Below are positions 1 through 13,880 of a stretch of 64,000 nt of DNA, one piece after another. This stretch comes from the human T2T-CHM13v2.0 reference genome, Homo sapiens. A program made the translations under genes and the position numbers. The notes under the pieces were generated by a model that saw only the letters and a list, made by a program, of their open reading frames with translations, did no database searches and had not been told where the DNA came from. The DNA is taken from the NCBI RefSeq assembly GCF_009914755.1, contig NC_060931.1; one strand, 5' to 3'. How positions within the stretch are numbered: position 1 is the first letter of the stretch; each line of letters starts with the position of its first letter.

Positions 1-2692
1 ATGTAATGCCCTTCTTTGTCTTTTTTCTGTTTGTTGGTTTAAAGGCTGTTTTATCAGAGATGAAGATCGCAACCCCTGCTTTTTTTTTTTTTTTTTTTTG
101 CTTTCCATTTGCTTGGTAAATCTTCCTACAACCCTTTATTTTGAGCCTATGTATGTCTTTGTATGTGAGATAGGTCTCCTGAATACAGCACACTGATAGG
201 TCTTGACTCTTTATTCAATTTGCCAGTCTGTGTCTTTTAATTGGGGCATTTACCCAAATTGCATTTAAGGTTAATATTGTTACATGTGAATTTGATCCTG
301 TCGTTATGATGCTAGCTGGTTATTTTGCCCGTTAGTTGATGCGGTTACTTCATAGTGTTGATGGTCTTTACATTTTCATATGTTTTTGCAGTTGCTGGTA
401 GTGGTTTTTCCTTTCCATATTTAGTGCTTCCTTCAGGAGCTCTTGTAAGGCAGGCCTGGTAGTGACAAAATCCCTCAGCATTTGCTTGTCTGTAAAGGGT
501 TTTATTTCTCCTTCACTTATGAAGCTTAGTTTGGCTGGATATGAAATTCTGGGTTGAAAGTTCTTTTCTTTAAGAATGTTGAATGTTGACCTCCACTCTC
601 TTCTGGCTTGTAGGGCTTCTGCAGAGATCTGCTGTTAGTCTGATGGGCTTCCCTTTGTGGGTAACCTGACCTTTCTCTCTGGCTGCCCTTAACATTTTTC
701 CTTCATTTAAAACTTGGGGTTGCTCTTCTCAAGGTTATCTTCATGGTGTTATCTGTATTTCCTGAATTTGAATGTTGGCCTGTCTTACTAGGTTGGGGAA
801 GTTCTCCTGGATAATATCCTGATGTGTGTTTTCCAACTTGGTTGCATTCTCCCCATCACTTTCAGGTACACCAATGAAACATAGTTTGGTTTCTACACAC
901 AGTCCCATGTTTCTTGGAGGCTTTTTTCATTCTTTTCTTTCTTTTTTCTCTAATCTTGTCTTCATGCTTTATTTAATTAAGTTGATCTTCAATCTCTGAT
1001 ATCCTTTCTTCTGCTTGATTTGGCCATTGATACTTGTGTATGTTTCACAAAGTTCTCATGCTGTGTTTTTCAGCTCCATCAGATCATTTATGTTCTTCTC
1101 TAAACTGGTTATTCTAGTTAGTAGTTCCTGTAACCTTTTATCAAGGTTCTTAGCTTCCTTGCATTGAGTTAGAACATACTCCTTTAACTCAGAGGAGTTT
1201 GTTATTACCCACCTTCTGAAGCCTACTTCTGTCAATTAATCAAACTCATTCTCCATCCATTTTTCTTCCCTTGCTGGCGAGGAGTTGTGATCCTTTGGAG
1301 GAGAAGGGGCATTCTAGTTTTTGGAATTTTCAGCTTTTTTGTGCTGGTTTTTCCTCATCCTCATGTGTTTGTCTACCTTTTGTCTTTGAGGTTGGTGACC
1401 TTCAGATGGAGTTTTTGAGTAGTCATCCTTTCAGTTGATGTTGATGCTATTGCTTCCTGCTTGGGAGTTTTCTTTCTAACAGTCAGGCTCCTCTTCTCCA
1501 GGTCTGCTGGAGTTTGCTGGAGTTCACTGGAGTTCACTGGAGTTCCACTCCAGACCCTGTTTGCCTGGGTATCACCAGTGGAGGCTGCAAAACAGCAAAG
1601 ATTACTGCCTGCTCCTTCCTCTGGAAGCTTCATCTGAGAGGGGCACCTGCCAGTTGCTAGCCGGAGCTCTCCCGTATGAGGTGTCTGTTGGCCCCTGTTG
1701 GGAGGTATCTTCCCATCAGGAGGCCTGGGGATCAGGGACCCACTTGAGGAGGCAGTCTATCCCTTAGCAGAGCTCAAGCGCTGTGCTGGTAGAGCCACTG
1801 CTCTCTTCAGAGCCAGCAGGCAGGAACGTTTAAGTACAGCCACCCCTTCCCCCAGGTCCTCTGTCCCAGGGAGATGGGAGTTTTATCCATAAGCCCCTGC
1901 CTGGGGCTGCTGCCTTTCTTTCAGAAATGCCCTGCCCAGAGAGGAGGAATCTAGAGAGGCAGTCTGGCTACAGTGGCTTTGCCGAGCTACGATGGGCTCT
2001 GCCCTATCTGAATTTCCCGGTGGCTGTGTTTATACTGTGAAGGGAAAACCGCCTACTCAAGCCTCAGTAATGGCAGACGCCCCTCCCCCCAAGCTTGAGT
2101 GTCCCAGGTCACCTTCAGACTGCTGTGCTGGCAGCAAGAATTTCAAGCCAGTGTGTCTTAGCTTGTTGGGCTCTGTGGGGGTGGGATCCACTGAGCAAGA
2201 CTACTTGGCTCCCTGGCTTCACTTTCCTTTCCAGGGGAGCGAACGGATCTGCCTCACTGGCGTTCCAGGCACCACTGGGGTATGAAAAAAACTTCCTGCA
2301 GCTAGCTCATTGTCTGCCCACACAGCCACCCAGCTTTGTGCTTGAAACCCAGGGCTCTGGTAGTGCAGGCACCCGAGGGAATCTCCTGGTCTGTGGGTTG
2401 CAAAGACTGTGGGAAAAGCATAGTATCTGGGCCTGAGCTCCATCCCTCACAGCACAGTCTCTCATGGCTTCCTTTGGCTAGGGGAGGGTGTTCCCCAACC
2501 CCTTGCACTTCCCTGTGAGGCAACACCCCACCCTGCTTCGGCTCACCCTCTGTGGGCTGCACCCACTGTCTAACCAGTCCCAATGAGATGAGCCAGGCAC
2601 CTCAGTTGGAAATGCAGAAATCACTTGCCTTCTGTGTTCGTCTCACTGGGAGCTGCAGATGGGAGCTGTTCCTATTTGGCCATCTTGCCCGG
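1..2692 (-). mobile_element. LINE-1 (L1PA7/L1PA8-like) 5' portion: 5'UTR, ORF1 and start of ORF2; continues beyond the left edge of the window
   Basis: The minus strand starts GGCAAGATGGCCAAATAGGAACAGCTCC with an intact YY1 site (2678-2687). The 5'UTR is about 1.3 kb. ORF1 remnant 1358->368 (MRKNQHKKAENSKN*...) has stops and a deletion. The ORF2 start is mutated ATG->ACG at 304-302, and an expanded A-run lies at 80-99. Same orientation as SEMA3E. Confidence 0.93.
2070..2285 (+). other. L1 antisense ORF0 homolog, open for 71 codons
   Basis: MADAPPPKLECPRSPSDCCAGSKNFKPVCLSLLGSVGVG... resembles the L1 ORF0 N-terminus (MAGAPPP...SDCCAS...SVGVG). Start context gtaATGG. It lies within track ORF 1992..2285. 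Confidence 0.75.
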
Positions 2693-4320
2693 GAATAAAA
2701 ATTGTTTCATTTCTTAAAGAAAAATGGACTTTGACAATCTCTATAATAATGTAAAGGAATGTATCTTTTATTTCTCCATTTCCTCATATTGATGAGATTG
2801 TCATATTAAATAAAATAGGATAGCAAAGTTTGGCCCTATCACTTTAATTAATGTCTATAAGTTAGAGGATTAATATTATATTCAGATGTACTAGAAAGCA
2901 TCTGAAGGCAATATACTGATAGCAAATGGAAAAACATCCCAAAGATATCTGACAGGGTACACAAATTCATTTATGTAGATTTATGGTAGAGCAGTGAGTC
3001 TGTCATGTGTTATCTTCTGAGATCAGACATCCTTGTTTATCACAGTGTGATATTTTGAAATATTATCAATTCATTATTGCTACAAGAACTGTAATATGGA
3101 TAGGTGCATATGATCATTAGTGATATTCCTTATACTGATGATGTTTTACTCTTCTTAAAATAGTTCTTCCTGTATACTCAAAATTCCAAGACAGTATAAG
3201 CAGCTCATAAACTGGTAATGTAGGAAAAGAGCATTTGGTGAAGTTAATCTTATAACAAAAACAAAATAGAGGCTGCAAAGAGATTTGGCAAAAATATAGG
3301 GTTATTTTAAATTTTGAGGAAATTATGAATATTTTTAACGCATAAAGTCTTTTGTAAAATTATTTTTTACAGATTACCATTTGACTTACAAGGAGTTAAT
3401 TAAAAATTATTCTGAAAAATTATGTGCCTTTTTTTAAGAACATGGGACTTTCTACAAGAGAGACTGGCAAATCTACAAGATTTCAAGCAAATTCAAGTTA
3501 TAAAATTAAGCAGTCACAGCTATGATGGTATTTTAATTCTTCCATTCTGTTGTGACCATTCCAGATTCTTTTTAAATAAAAAATTAAGACATTTAAAAAG
3601 CTTCTGTTTATTTTAGCCATGAAGAAAGACGGTTTTGTTTCTTCATATTAAAAAATGGTTATGTTTAGCTCATTTATCCAGACCTTGAAATTGATCTTTC
3701 ATTTACTATAAGTCTGTAAATAATTTTATAATATTTATAAAGAAAACTGGCAGTGACATTTATTGGTCTACATCATCCAGGGAAGCCAGAAAAGCATACA
3801 TTTTATATACTTTAATTAAAATTTACTTCAACTGTATGTTAAACTCCTTCCAAATACTGACATTTTAGATAAAGCCCATGAAATGTGTATTTTAAATTTA
3901 AAAAGAAAAACAAAACGACTTTATAAGAATTTCGACAATGAATGCAACTTTTACCATTTTAACTAGCCAGTTTCCTGAAGACATTAAATGTGGAAAATGA
4001 TGCTAAGCAAATTAAGCAAAGACACAATAGCAGAACCATATAGTCTTTGAATATAGGAATGTCTCACTCCAAAGTGCATGTCTTTTTCAGGGCACCACAC
4101 ACTGTTACTACACATATGATCTACATTCTAGACTGGAGAGAGAAGAGGGTTTTCCTTAACTTCAGCAAACAAACCACGTGCATGAAATAAAGGAAAAAGT
4201 TGGTTCAACAGAGTCTATGAGAAAATCCTTAGAAGGGCTGACAGCAATCAAATAAAATGGCATATTTGCCCATAAGCTGCTGTCAACTCGGGTGGCTTTA
4301 ATAAATAAAAGTCACTGGTT

Positions 4321-4626
<306 letters not shown>

Positions 4627-4795
4627 TTAACAGCACCACCACTATTCTGTAAACAAAGCAAGCATCTCTGGAGTATAAATTCTGGTGCTCCATTTTAAGA
4701 GGGGCATTAGCAAACAGGAGAATAACCAAAATACTGAAAGAATAGTCAAGATATTGAGGAATATTCACCTATGACAAAAGAGCATGATAACTATC

Positions 4796-5143
4796 TGATA
4801 TGGCTTTGTTGTGCCCCACCCAAATCTCAGCTTCAATTCCCACGGGTTGTGGGAGGGACCCAGTGGGAGGTAATTGAATCATGGGGGCAGTCTTCCCCAT
4901 GCTGTTCTTGTGATAGTGAATAAGTCTCATGAGATCTGATGCTTTTAAAAACAAGTCTCCCTGCACAAACTCTGTCTTTGCCTGCTGTCATCCATGTAAG
5001 ATGTGACTTGCTCCTCCTTGCCTTCCGCCATGATAGTGAGGCTTCCCCAACCATGTGGAACTGTAAGTACATTATAAACCTCTTTCGTAAATTGCCCAGT
5101 CTCAGGTATGAGTTTATCAGCAGGATGAAAATGAACTAATATA
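4796..5143 (+). mobile_element. THE1 (THE1A/B-like) MaLR solo LTR
   Basis: TGATATGG...CCCCACCCAAATCTC...ACTAATATA termini; 5-bp TSD CTATC (4791-4795, 5144-5148). Confidence 0.9.
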
Positions 5144-5689
5144 CTATCTTTATGTATTTGGAGGTCCATCATGACTTATGTCCTTCCTGCTGGCATTAAA
5201 GAAAAAAAACTAAGACTAAAATATGGAAAATGATTTGAGATTAGGTAGGTAAGTACTTGCTCTTCACTGGACTATTACAAAATGAAATGGAATTCCTTGT
5301 CAGGCAGTAATCTCTCTCTCAATGAAAATGCACAAATTCAAAATGATAAACATGTGACCACCTATCTGGAAGCCATGGACATGATGACTTCACAGAGTGG
5401 GCAGTAGTCACTAAAATTCCTACCCTCAATAAAATTATCCAATTTGGGTAAAATTATACAATTTTCCTAAACTATAGTCTTTTTTTAATGAACGATTTTG
5501 TTGTTGTTGTTGTTGAAATAAGACGTAAAATGCTAAATCCATAGGTTGATTTTAATTCCCTAATTCCAGTTATTAGCTTTTCTACTTAGCAATTATTCCT
5601 TCCTCCTTTTCCTTCCTCCTCTCTACTTCTCCTCTTCCCTCTCCCATGCCCCCTTCTTTACCTCTTCTTCTTCTCTCTGACTTTCTAAC

Positions 5690-5890
5690 AAACACCTTCT
5701 TAGCAATTACTATGTGCCAGGCACTACTCTAAATACATTTAAAAGCTCTTTCATTTAATCCTTACTATAACCAATGAGAAGGTGATATTTATTATACACC
5801 TCCTTTAGTCAGAGAAAGGTTAAGTAACATGTCCAAGATCACACCAATAAATTTGCTTCTACCACATTTGATTTCTAAATAGTGCTTAAC
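5690..5890. mobile_element. MIR fragment, preceded by a CT-rich tract (about 5595-5680)
   Basis: TACTATGTGCCAGGCACT...AGAGAAAGGTTAAGTAACATGTCCAAGATCACAC MIR core-like sequence. Confidence 0.7.
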
Positions 5891-8800
5891 ATTGGAAAAA
5901 AATTAGCAATGTGCAAAAGGAACCAATTTGTTTATCTTGAGCAGCCAGGTATAAGAGAGTCGCAGCCAGACGAGGAAAACATTTTAGGGAAACATAATTT
6001 ATATGTTTTTTTAAACTTCAGCAGAAGGAAAGATTATAAAATTAAATGGAATAATAAAGTTAGGAAAGGACCCACCCAAAATTATTTAGATGCCAAAGTA
6101 AGCCAATCTCAGCTGTTCTTCTCTACTCTGCCTGCCATCCTCAGCAAAAGCAGTATGGGAGAGAGTGTGGGCAACCGGCTGCAGTAGCAGCTGGGCCTAT
6201 TTGTTAAGAGGAAAAAAAAAATAGTCATTGAGGATAAAGGGAGATTTTGGGTGTCTAGCAGTGTGAGTGGAAACTTGGAGCTTGGCTGGGGAGTCCCAGA
6301 AGTGAAAAGCAGCAGTGCTGTCATCAACAAAATTGCAATATTACACACACCATTCACAGGGAGATCACTCCCTGAAGTAGTTCCTTAACTGGCAAGAATT
6401 CTTTTCCACCCATAGCAAAACAACCAATGGCAATTTTGTATTTGTTTTCTCACATTAACAGTATTCTAGACATTCAAAAATGAAGCACTACCAACTCTGC
6501 TAACTATCCAATAGATATAAATTAGCTGACTAAAAGGACAAATGGCATTTCTAACTTAAAACAATATATTACTATTACTATTTGTTGACTAATATAAAAA
6601 CTTAAGTGTCTAATACGCATAATATTATATTCTAAACATAACCACATACAATAAAATCCTTGAATTGTATTTTATGTCCCTTGAGACCAGTACTATAGAA
6701 GGCATCTAACGTGTTTCTGAGTGATAACTGCTTTATTAGTGTGTAAGCTATCTCATTGGTAATGGTTTTTTAGTTTTCTCATTTTTATTCTTGTTTAACT
6801 TTATTAATTTTTAAATTAGAGATAATTCAGTTTTTTTTCTCCAGATAGGAAAAATCCTTCTGCAATCCTAAAATATATCAGACTTCAGTTTGGGCATACA
6901 CATTTTGGAGCAAGCAAAAAACATTTGGCAAAAAAATCTGTCAAAAACAGTGCCCAGTACATAACTTTTGTCTTACTTCTGAGCAGTATAATGACAAAAT
7001 GCTATTTCATTCTTTTGATTGTTTTTTTAATTGTATAGTTGACTTACCTATAATATTTTCCTTCTTATTATGGTTATTTAAATATTATTACAAGCGAATT
7101 TTGCTTTGGGGAATTACAAGGAAATTAAACCATATGAATGTGTTACAGGAGTTTAAACACATTAACTTCTTATGACTGTAACAATATAATAATAAAATCA
7201 ATATTTTGGGTGGCTCATTAAAGCCATTCTAGTATTTTATAGTCCTATCTTCTCCATCTACTTTCTTCTTTCTGGACAAAATAAGAAAAAATTATTTTCT
7301 TTCTCATATTAATGGAAATAAACAATGATTTGGATAATTGAATGTCCCAACAACTAAAATTATAACATTTGACTTTGAAAAAAGTTCTTTCTCTTTATAA
7401 TTTACGTTTTGATTATGGGTGATATGGTTATTCTAAGAATATACCATATGGTTAGCTCAAGTTTATCCAGACCTTAAACTGATGGCAAGCTCAATATTCT
7501 AGTACTCATTCTAACCAATTATAAAGTATTTGTGGTTACCATTCATCTGACCAGAAATATGTGTAACACTTATGCTTTGTGACAATGTCAAGCTTAAAAT
7601 TACTTTTTCCTTTCTTTATTTTCTGTTTGCTTTTATTATATTATTTATTTTGCTTAGGATCAGGAAAAATAAGTTATGTCAGTTTCATCAATAATACGCT
7701 GTTTTCAAAAGAAATTATTTTTTCCTTACCATTATTTTTCCTAACCCTTTCTTTAAACATATATCATTTTTGCTTTGCTCAGGATTATAGAAGTGATCCT
7801 AATTTCTATAGACTTCTTTTTATAGATTATCTTTAGTTTCTAAAAATAAAATAATCCAGTGCTTCCCATTTCTATTTTTATTTACTCTTTATAATAATAA
7901 GGTATGGTGACAAATGTGTGCTTTCTTCTTAATATGACATTTCTATTTATGCCCATTAGTTTACAGTTTGTGTTAAGTGCATTGTATTTAATTAATTATA
8001 GTATAGTACCAAAAAAAAAACAAACTTAAGGATATAGCATTTCAAAATATATTATCAATTGATTTTGATAAATTAAGTACATGAAAAAACATTTTTTCTT
8101 GGCTTATAGATATAGTAAAATCTTAGTAAAATGAAATTTTCATAAGTTCTTTCTCAAATAACCTGGGTTGAGAAAGTCAAATAGCTTTCATAAACTAAGT
8201 AGAATGATAAAACATAGCCATTGCTTTTCCTTCTCACTATGTTACTACCAATAGCTGTGCTTTTAAAATGATAAATGAAAGACAAATGGCCAAATTATTC
8301 ATAAAACTTTTGCACAGAGACAGACTGACAAAAAAAAAAAAAAATCTTGCTTTGGTCAATTGGGCCTTTCTGAAAAAAAACAAAGATGGGTAAATTATCA
8401 CTCTTTCCCAGTTCTGACTTTCTTTTCTTTCTGCTTTGTCATGGTATTCTTGTATTCATTCTTTTTCTCTGTTTCTTCATAATTTGTCACTGTAGAAATG
8501 AATGAAATTGGAAATTGGGAGATCATGATTGGAGCAAGTGGGAAGAAAAGTTGAGTCAAATGTGACAATAATCATTTGAATGGCCCAGATGAATTCATAC
8601 TGTCCTCTGCCACAGCCTCAAACTATATCTTTTAATAATTTACAGATATTTTCTGAATAATTTTAAAGCAGTCCTGGATTTCTCTTCAGAACTTTTGTAA
8701 TGGAAGAGTTGAAGCCAAACTAGTGCCTAATATGTTGCAAAAGGGACAGAAGAGAAATAGTCTCATCATATCTCCTGTATTCTCAATGCTCTCCCAACAC

Positions 8801-9464
8801 TATCATTTCATTTTCTGCCATCTCTGTTAGGAATTGTATGTGGTATTCAGCAAAAGAATTAAGATTGGTAACACTAGTGTGAATAGATATAGATATGTAT
8901 CTATATAGATAGAATTAAATTCTGTATATTAAATGCAATACATAAAGTATATTCAGTACCTAAAGTTTATTAGATTCTAAGATTTGAGCAATAAAATGCA
9001 ATATAACTGCCCTCAGTATTTTCAGACTCTAATTGTGAATTTGTAGTAATCATATTTCTCATACAAAAAATCTGAAAATTCCTCAAAGCCATTTAGAAAT
9101 GGGGGAAATTAAATTTAGCAAGGACAAAGAACGTGTGATACTAGTGTGTGTGGTAGAGTCATGTTCCCAGTGGAATTAAGTTAATTTCTGGGAGAATACA
9201 GTGCATTATATGCAGTGGGAAGATTGTGGGCACATGGCAGGATGGTGCAAGGCAAGGTATGACATAGCTAATTTGTTCATAACATCTTGCCCAAGCTCCT
9301 CCTGTTCATGTTCAAGACTGAGCTTTGGGTCTCTTTTCAGCCCCAACTTCATGCTTTCATAGCATCCCTTGATATATAAAAAAAGCACCCTACTTTATTA
9401 CGACCTGTCTCCTTTTACAACTGGATCTTAAGCTTCTTGAGAACTGGGTTTGACTAAAAGCTAT

Positions 9465-9482
9465 GTGTGAGAGTGTGTGTGT

Positions 9483-9514
<32 letters not shown>
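9465..9514 (+). repeat. (GT)n microsatellite
   Basis: Interrupted GT run. Confidence 0.95.
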
Positions 9515-9520
<6 letters not shown>

Positions 9521-9770
9521 TCTTATTTTAAAATAGTTTTAAATTTACAGAACAGTTATGGTGAGTACAGAGAGTTCCCCTATACCTATACCTAGCTTCC
9601 CTTGTTTACAATATACATTGTATGGTACATTTATCAGAGTTAATAAACCAATATTGATACATTATTATTAATTAAAATTCATACTTTATTTAGATTTCCT
9701 TAGTTTTTATCTAATAATCCTTTACTATCCCAGGATTCCAAACAGTATACCACATTATGTTTATAAAACT
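9515..9770 (-). mobile_element. Old L1 (L1MB/MC-type) 3' end fragment
   Basis: TTTACAGAACAGTT...GTACAGAGAGTTCCC...AAACCAATATTGATACATTATTATTAA typical of ancient L1M 3' ends. Confidence 0.6.
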
Positions 9771-9908
9771 GGATTTTTTATTCTTAAAATCCTAGCATGA
9801 TGCTCAGTACCTAAAGCATTGAAGAAGCTGAACAAATACTTATAAATGATTTAATAATAAGCCAAATCTACTTAAAAATTATAGGCTCTTTTAATTCTCT
9901 GAAGGCAA

Positions 9909-10766
9909 TGATATGGTTTGGCTCTGTGTCCCCACCCAAATCTCACCTTGAATTGTAATAATCCCCATGTGTCAAGGGTGGGACCAGATGGAGGTAATGA
10001 ATTATGAAGGCAGTTTCCCCCATGCTCTTCTTCTGACAGTGTGTGAGTTCTCGGGAGATCTGATGGTTTTATAAGGGGCTTTTCACCTTTTGCTCTGCAC
10101 TTCTTCTGCTGCCATATGAGGAAGGATGTGTTTGCTTCCCCTTCTGCCATGATTGTAAGTTTCCTGAGGCCTCCTCAGCCCTGTGGAACTGTGAGTCAAT
10201 TAAACCTCTTTCCTTTATAAATTATCCAGTCTCTGGCAGTTCTTTTTTTTTTTTTTTTTTTCATTCAAAATATTCTGCTAATTTAACGTATATTTTAGAA
10301 AGAGGAGATCCTTACAAGGCGGTAGGACAGTGGTTTCTGGGCTGGTGTCCAAGATCAAGGAGGAAATTGTTGTATTCTGTCCCTTGAAAAGATTATGATA
10401 GTTAACAAATGCACATGGTCACTTTACCTATTATTAATGTGATTAAAATTAAAGTGTTTAAAGCAATAAACTTTGTTAATTACTCATTATATATAGCTAT
10501 CCACTATTTCCCAAAGCTATATCCATTGATTTTACCCCAAAAGAATTTAAGGGAAAAAACTTTAGAAAGCCTTTCTCTATGATAACATAGCATCCTGTGC
10601 ACTCTGAAATGAATTATGTGTTTTAATATGTATATTGTGTGGAAACAACACAGCTTTATCGTGCATGGTGAGCAATGAGGTCATTCATAACAATATTAAT
10701 GGAATGTCTTAATTTTATCACACTGTTGGGCAGTTCTTTATAGCAACATCAGAGCAGATTAATACA
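9909..10766 (+). mobile_element. THE1D-like MaLR solo LTR, split by a retro-inserted sequence
   Basis: LTR sequence runs 9909-10245 and resumes at 10729-10766 (…TTTATAGCA…TAATACA). Flanks GGCAA / GGCCA give a 4/5 TSD match. Confidence 0.88.
10243..10728 (-). other. Orphan poly(A)-tailed retro-insertion of non-repeat sequence (retrocopy fragment or orphan 3' transduction)
   Basis: T19 at 10243-10261; 11-bp TSD GGCAGTTCTTT (10235-10245 and 10729-10739); about 467 bp body I do not recognise as a repeat. Confidence 0.8.
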
Positions 10767-11217
10767 GGCCATGACCAAGATGTATAACAAAGGGGATGAA
10801 GTGGTAAGCGACATCTAATTTCATTTCTCCAGGAAAACTTCTCTTTGAGACATGGAAGAATTTTTGAATTTTATAAAATGCTTTTCCATGATCGATCCAT
10901 ATTAGATGTTTTCTCATCAGAACTCAATCATAGCTACATCATGCTACAATTTACACCATCAATAATCTTTAAAAATATTTAAATTATGTGCTAAATTGTC
11001 ATCAATGAATAGGCACACTTTATATTTAATACAAAAATATGCAGATAATGGTAATATAGTTAGATATCTATGAATCTAAGTATATTTATCAAGATCAAGG
11101 CTGTGATTTGGACATTCAACAACACCCTTAACCTAGGGGATGAAGCTAAAGGAGGAATAAATGAAAAAGGTAATATGAGCTTGAGGCTTTTTTGTAGCAT
11201 CCTTCCACACACACAGC

Positions 11218-11696
<479 letters not shown>

Positions 11697-13239
11697 TCAT
11701 TTAACTCCAGTTTCCATCTCCTTTCTGACCCAGCTCAGAAGCAGAGCAGAAGAAAATTATAGTAACATCATCTCCTGTGCAATGTAATTCAATCAAGACT
11801 TCCTGCAGGTGAATTATTTAGCAGTAGCTCTGAACCTTCTAAAAAATAAAGTTAGCCTTTATAGTTGTGTTATTTTGACCATAATATGGAAGCCAACTAA
11901 ATATATATACATTTCAATTCAGTAGATACCAAAGCCCAGGCGGTAATTATAGCCTTTAGGAATGATTTGAAGTGAATTTATTCCATCCCCAAGGGTCTTA
12001 CAAAAAATTACTCCTTGCCCTGAAGGACCTTTAAATATATTTAAAAACAATTACATAAATTAGAAAGTATTATAAGATACTATAACACCATATCATTCAT
12101 CTTTGTGATACATTTAAATTTTTTTCTACCAAAACCATACGAGATAGGAAGTGTTCATTAGTCCCTTTATAATGATGAGGAAAGGAAGCCTCAGTTCGAT
12201 GATTTAGCAAGAATAAGACAGCATCAAATAAAATATACTGTAGATTCAAAAATTGTAAGTCTATACCCTTTCCACTACAGCATACTATCTCCTAATACAA
12301 GTTTCAGAAGTGTTTTGGAGAAACACTTCTGAAGCCTGGTAAGGAGAAGAAAGGAGCCCTACATTTCTATACTTGGAAAGGACCTGAAGTTCATAATAAA
12401 CTTTGTGACTCAGTGTTAGGAAAAAAGCAATCAGGAGGAGTAAACAGCTATACACAATGCTGAGAGTACATTTCCTATTTGACTTTACTTCCACAGTGTA
12501 TCTTAAAGCCCCTCTCCATTCCCATCATTTCCTGGGAAAGAACAAGTCAGGAGGGAAAGAGTCAGTGTCCTCAGCTGACCTCTGTTTTCACCCTCTTTTA
12601 TTCTCATTTTCTTTGCTGCTGTTCTTTTCCGGTTCTGAAGTTGATCTGGCTACCTAAAATCACCCCTGGGACTTATTCTTAGGGATTCTGTTCCACCACT
12701 CTATCCTGTAAATAAAACCCCCTTTTTATTCTGGTTTCCCTAAATTAAAGCTCAAAACTCAGAGAAAACAAACCAAAAGTGCATAGAAATAGGTTTACAT
12801 CAATAATATTTTAACTGACATTTAACTCCAGTTTAGCTACAGAATACTTGGCTGGCAGGCTCTGCTCTCTCCTGTGCAGTGCCCTAATTCCTCTCCTCTC
12901 CAATTGCCACAATCCCATGTTGCCTGAGAGCATCAGCTTCCCAGCGGAAAAACAGGTTGGAGAAAGAGGGCACATTGTCCAGGTGGCTAGTAAGCTATTT
13001 ACTTAGTATTTCATTATTTCCTACATCATGGATTTCAACCAATTTTCAATACCTAGTAAGTTTAAAGTTTTTCTAAAAAATTCAAAGGTTATGTTTTATA
13101 TTTATTGTGTTAAACAAAAATGAAACAAATATTGAAGGTACACAGAAGGCCAATGAATACATATCTTTCACTAAAAGTATGTTTTCTTTCCCCTTTTGGC
13201 TTAAGGTGAGGAAGAAATCAAAAGTATTTATCTGGAAGA

Positions 13240-13470
13240 GAAGTAGAAGAAGAGAAAAAGAGAGAAGGGGTGGTGCCAGCCTCACAAAGGGGTACACAGA
13301 ATTAAGTAAAAACAGAAAGGGAGGAGGGGGTATAGTGATAACCCAGAAATGACAAGGATAACACAAGACAGATAGAAGGAGGAGGAGGAGAGGAAGAAGA
13401 GAAAGAGAAAGAGAAGGAAGAAAAACAAGAGGAAGGAAGTAGAGAAAAAGGTGGAGGAGAGAATGTAGAT
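13240..13470 (+). repeat. Purine-rich (GA/GGA/GAA) low-complexity tract
   Basis: Long stretches almost free of pyrimidines, e.g. 13375-13460. Confidence 0.8.
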
Positions 13471-13785
13471 GAAAGAATTCAACTGATGTGTCAGGAGGGT
13501 GCCTGGAGGTCCCAGCTGTTTCACTAAATGCAGCACTGATGAGAAAGAAGGTGAATAGACAGAAAGCCCCAGCCTTTTCTCTAACATATGTTATGCTAAA
13601 GGGGCTATAAATAGTTGTCCAGGATTCCTCAGTTTCATGGGTATTCCTGCTTATCCCACCCCATCATCTTTTCCTTTGAAAAACACAGTTCTAAATCATT
13701 TTGTTTTATTCAGATACTCACTTGATGAGCACTTGTTGAATGCCTACTAAGTGTCAGGAACTGTGCATGGCACCAGATATCTTAC

Positions 13786-13880
13786 CTGTTCATCTAAGGG
13801 AAGGCAAAGTGGGAGACTTTCTTTCACTTTCCAAGTAAACAACACATGCTGAGCTGATAGCTGCCTATAGGACACTGTTT
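13786..13880 (-). other. SEMA3E: Candidate alternative non-coding first exon of SEMA3E (5' boundary uncertain)
   Basis: Strong minus-strand donor CAG|GTAAGA at 13788-13780, about 7 kb into intron 1. Consistent with my recollection of an annotated SEMA3E variant with an internal first exon and shorter N-terminus. Confidence 0.45.
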
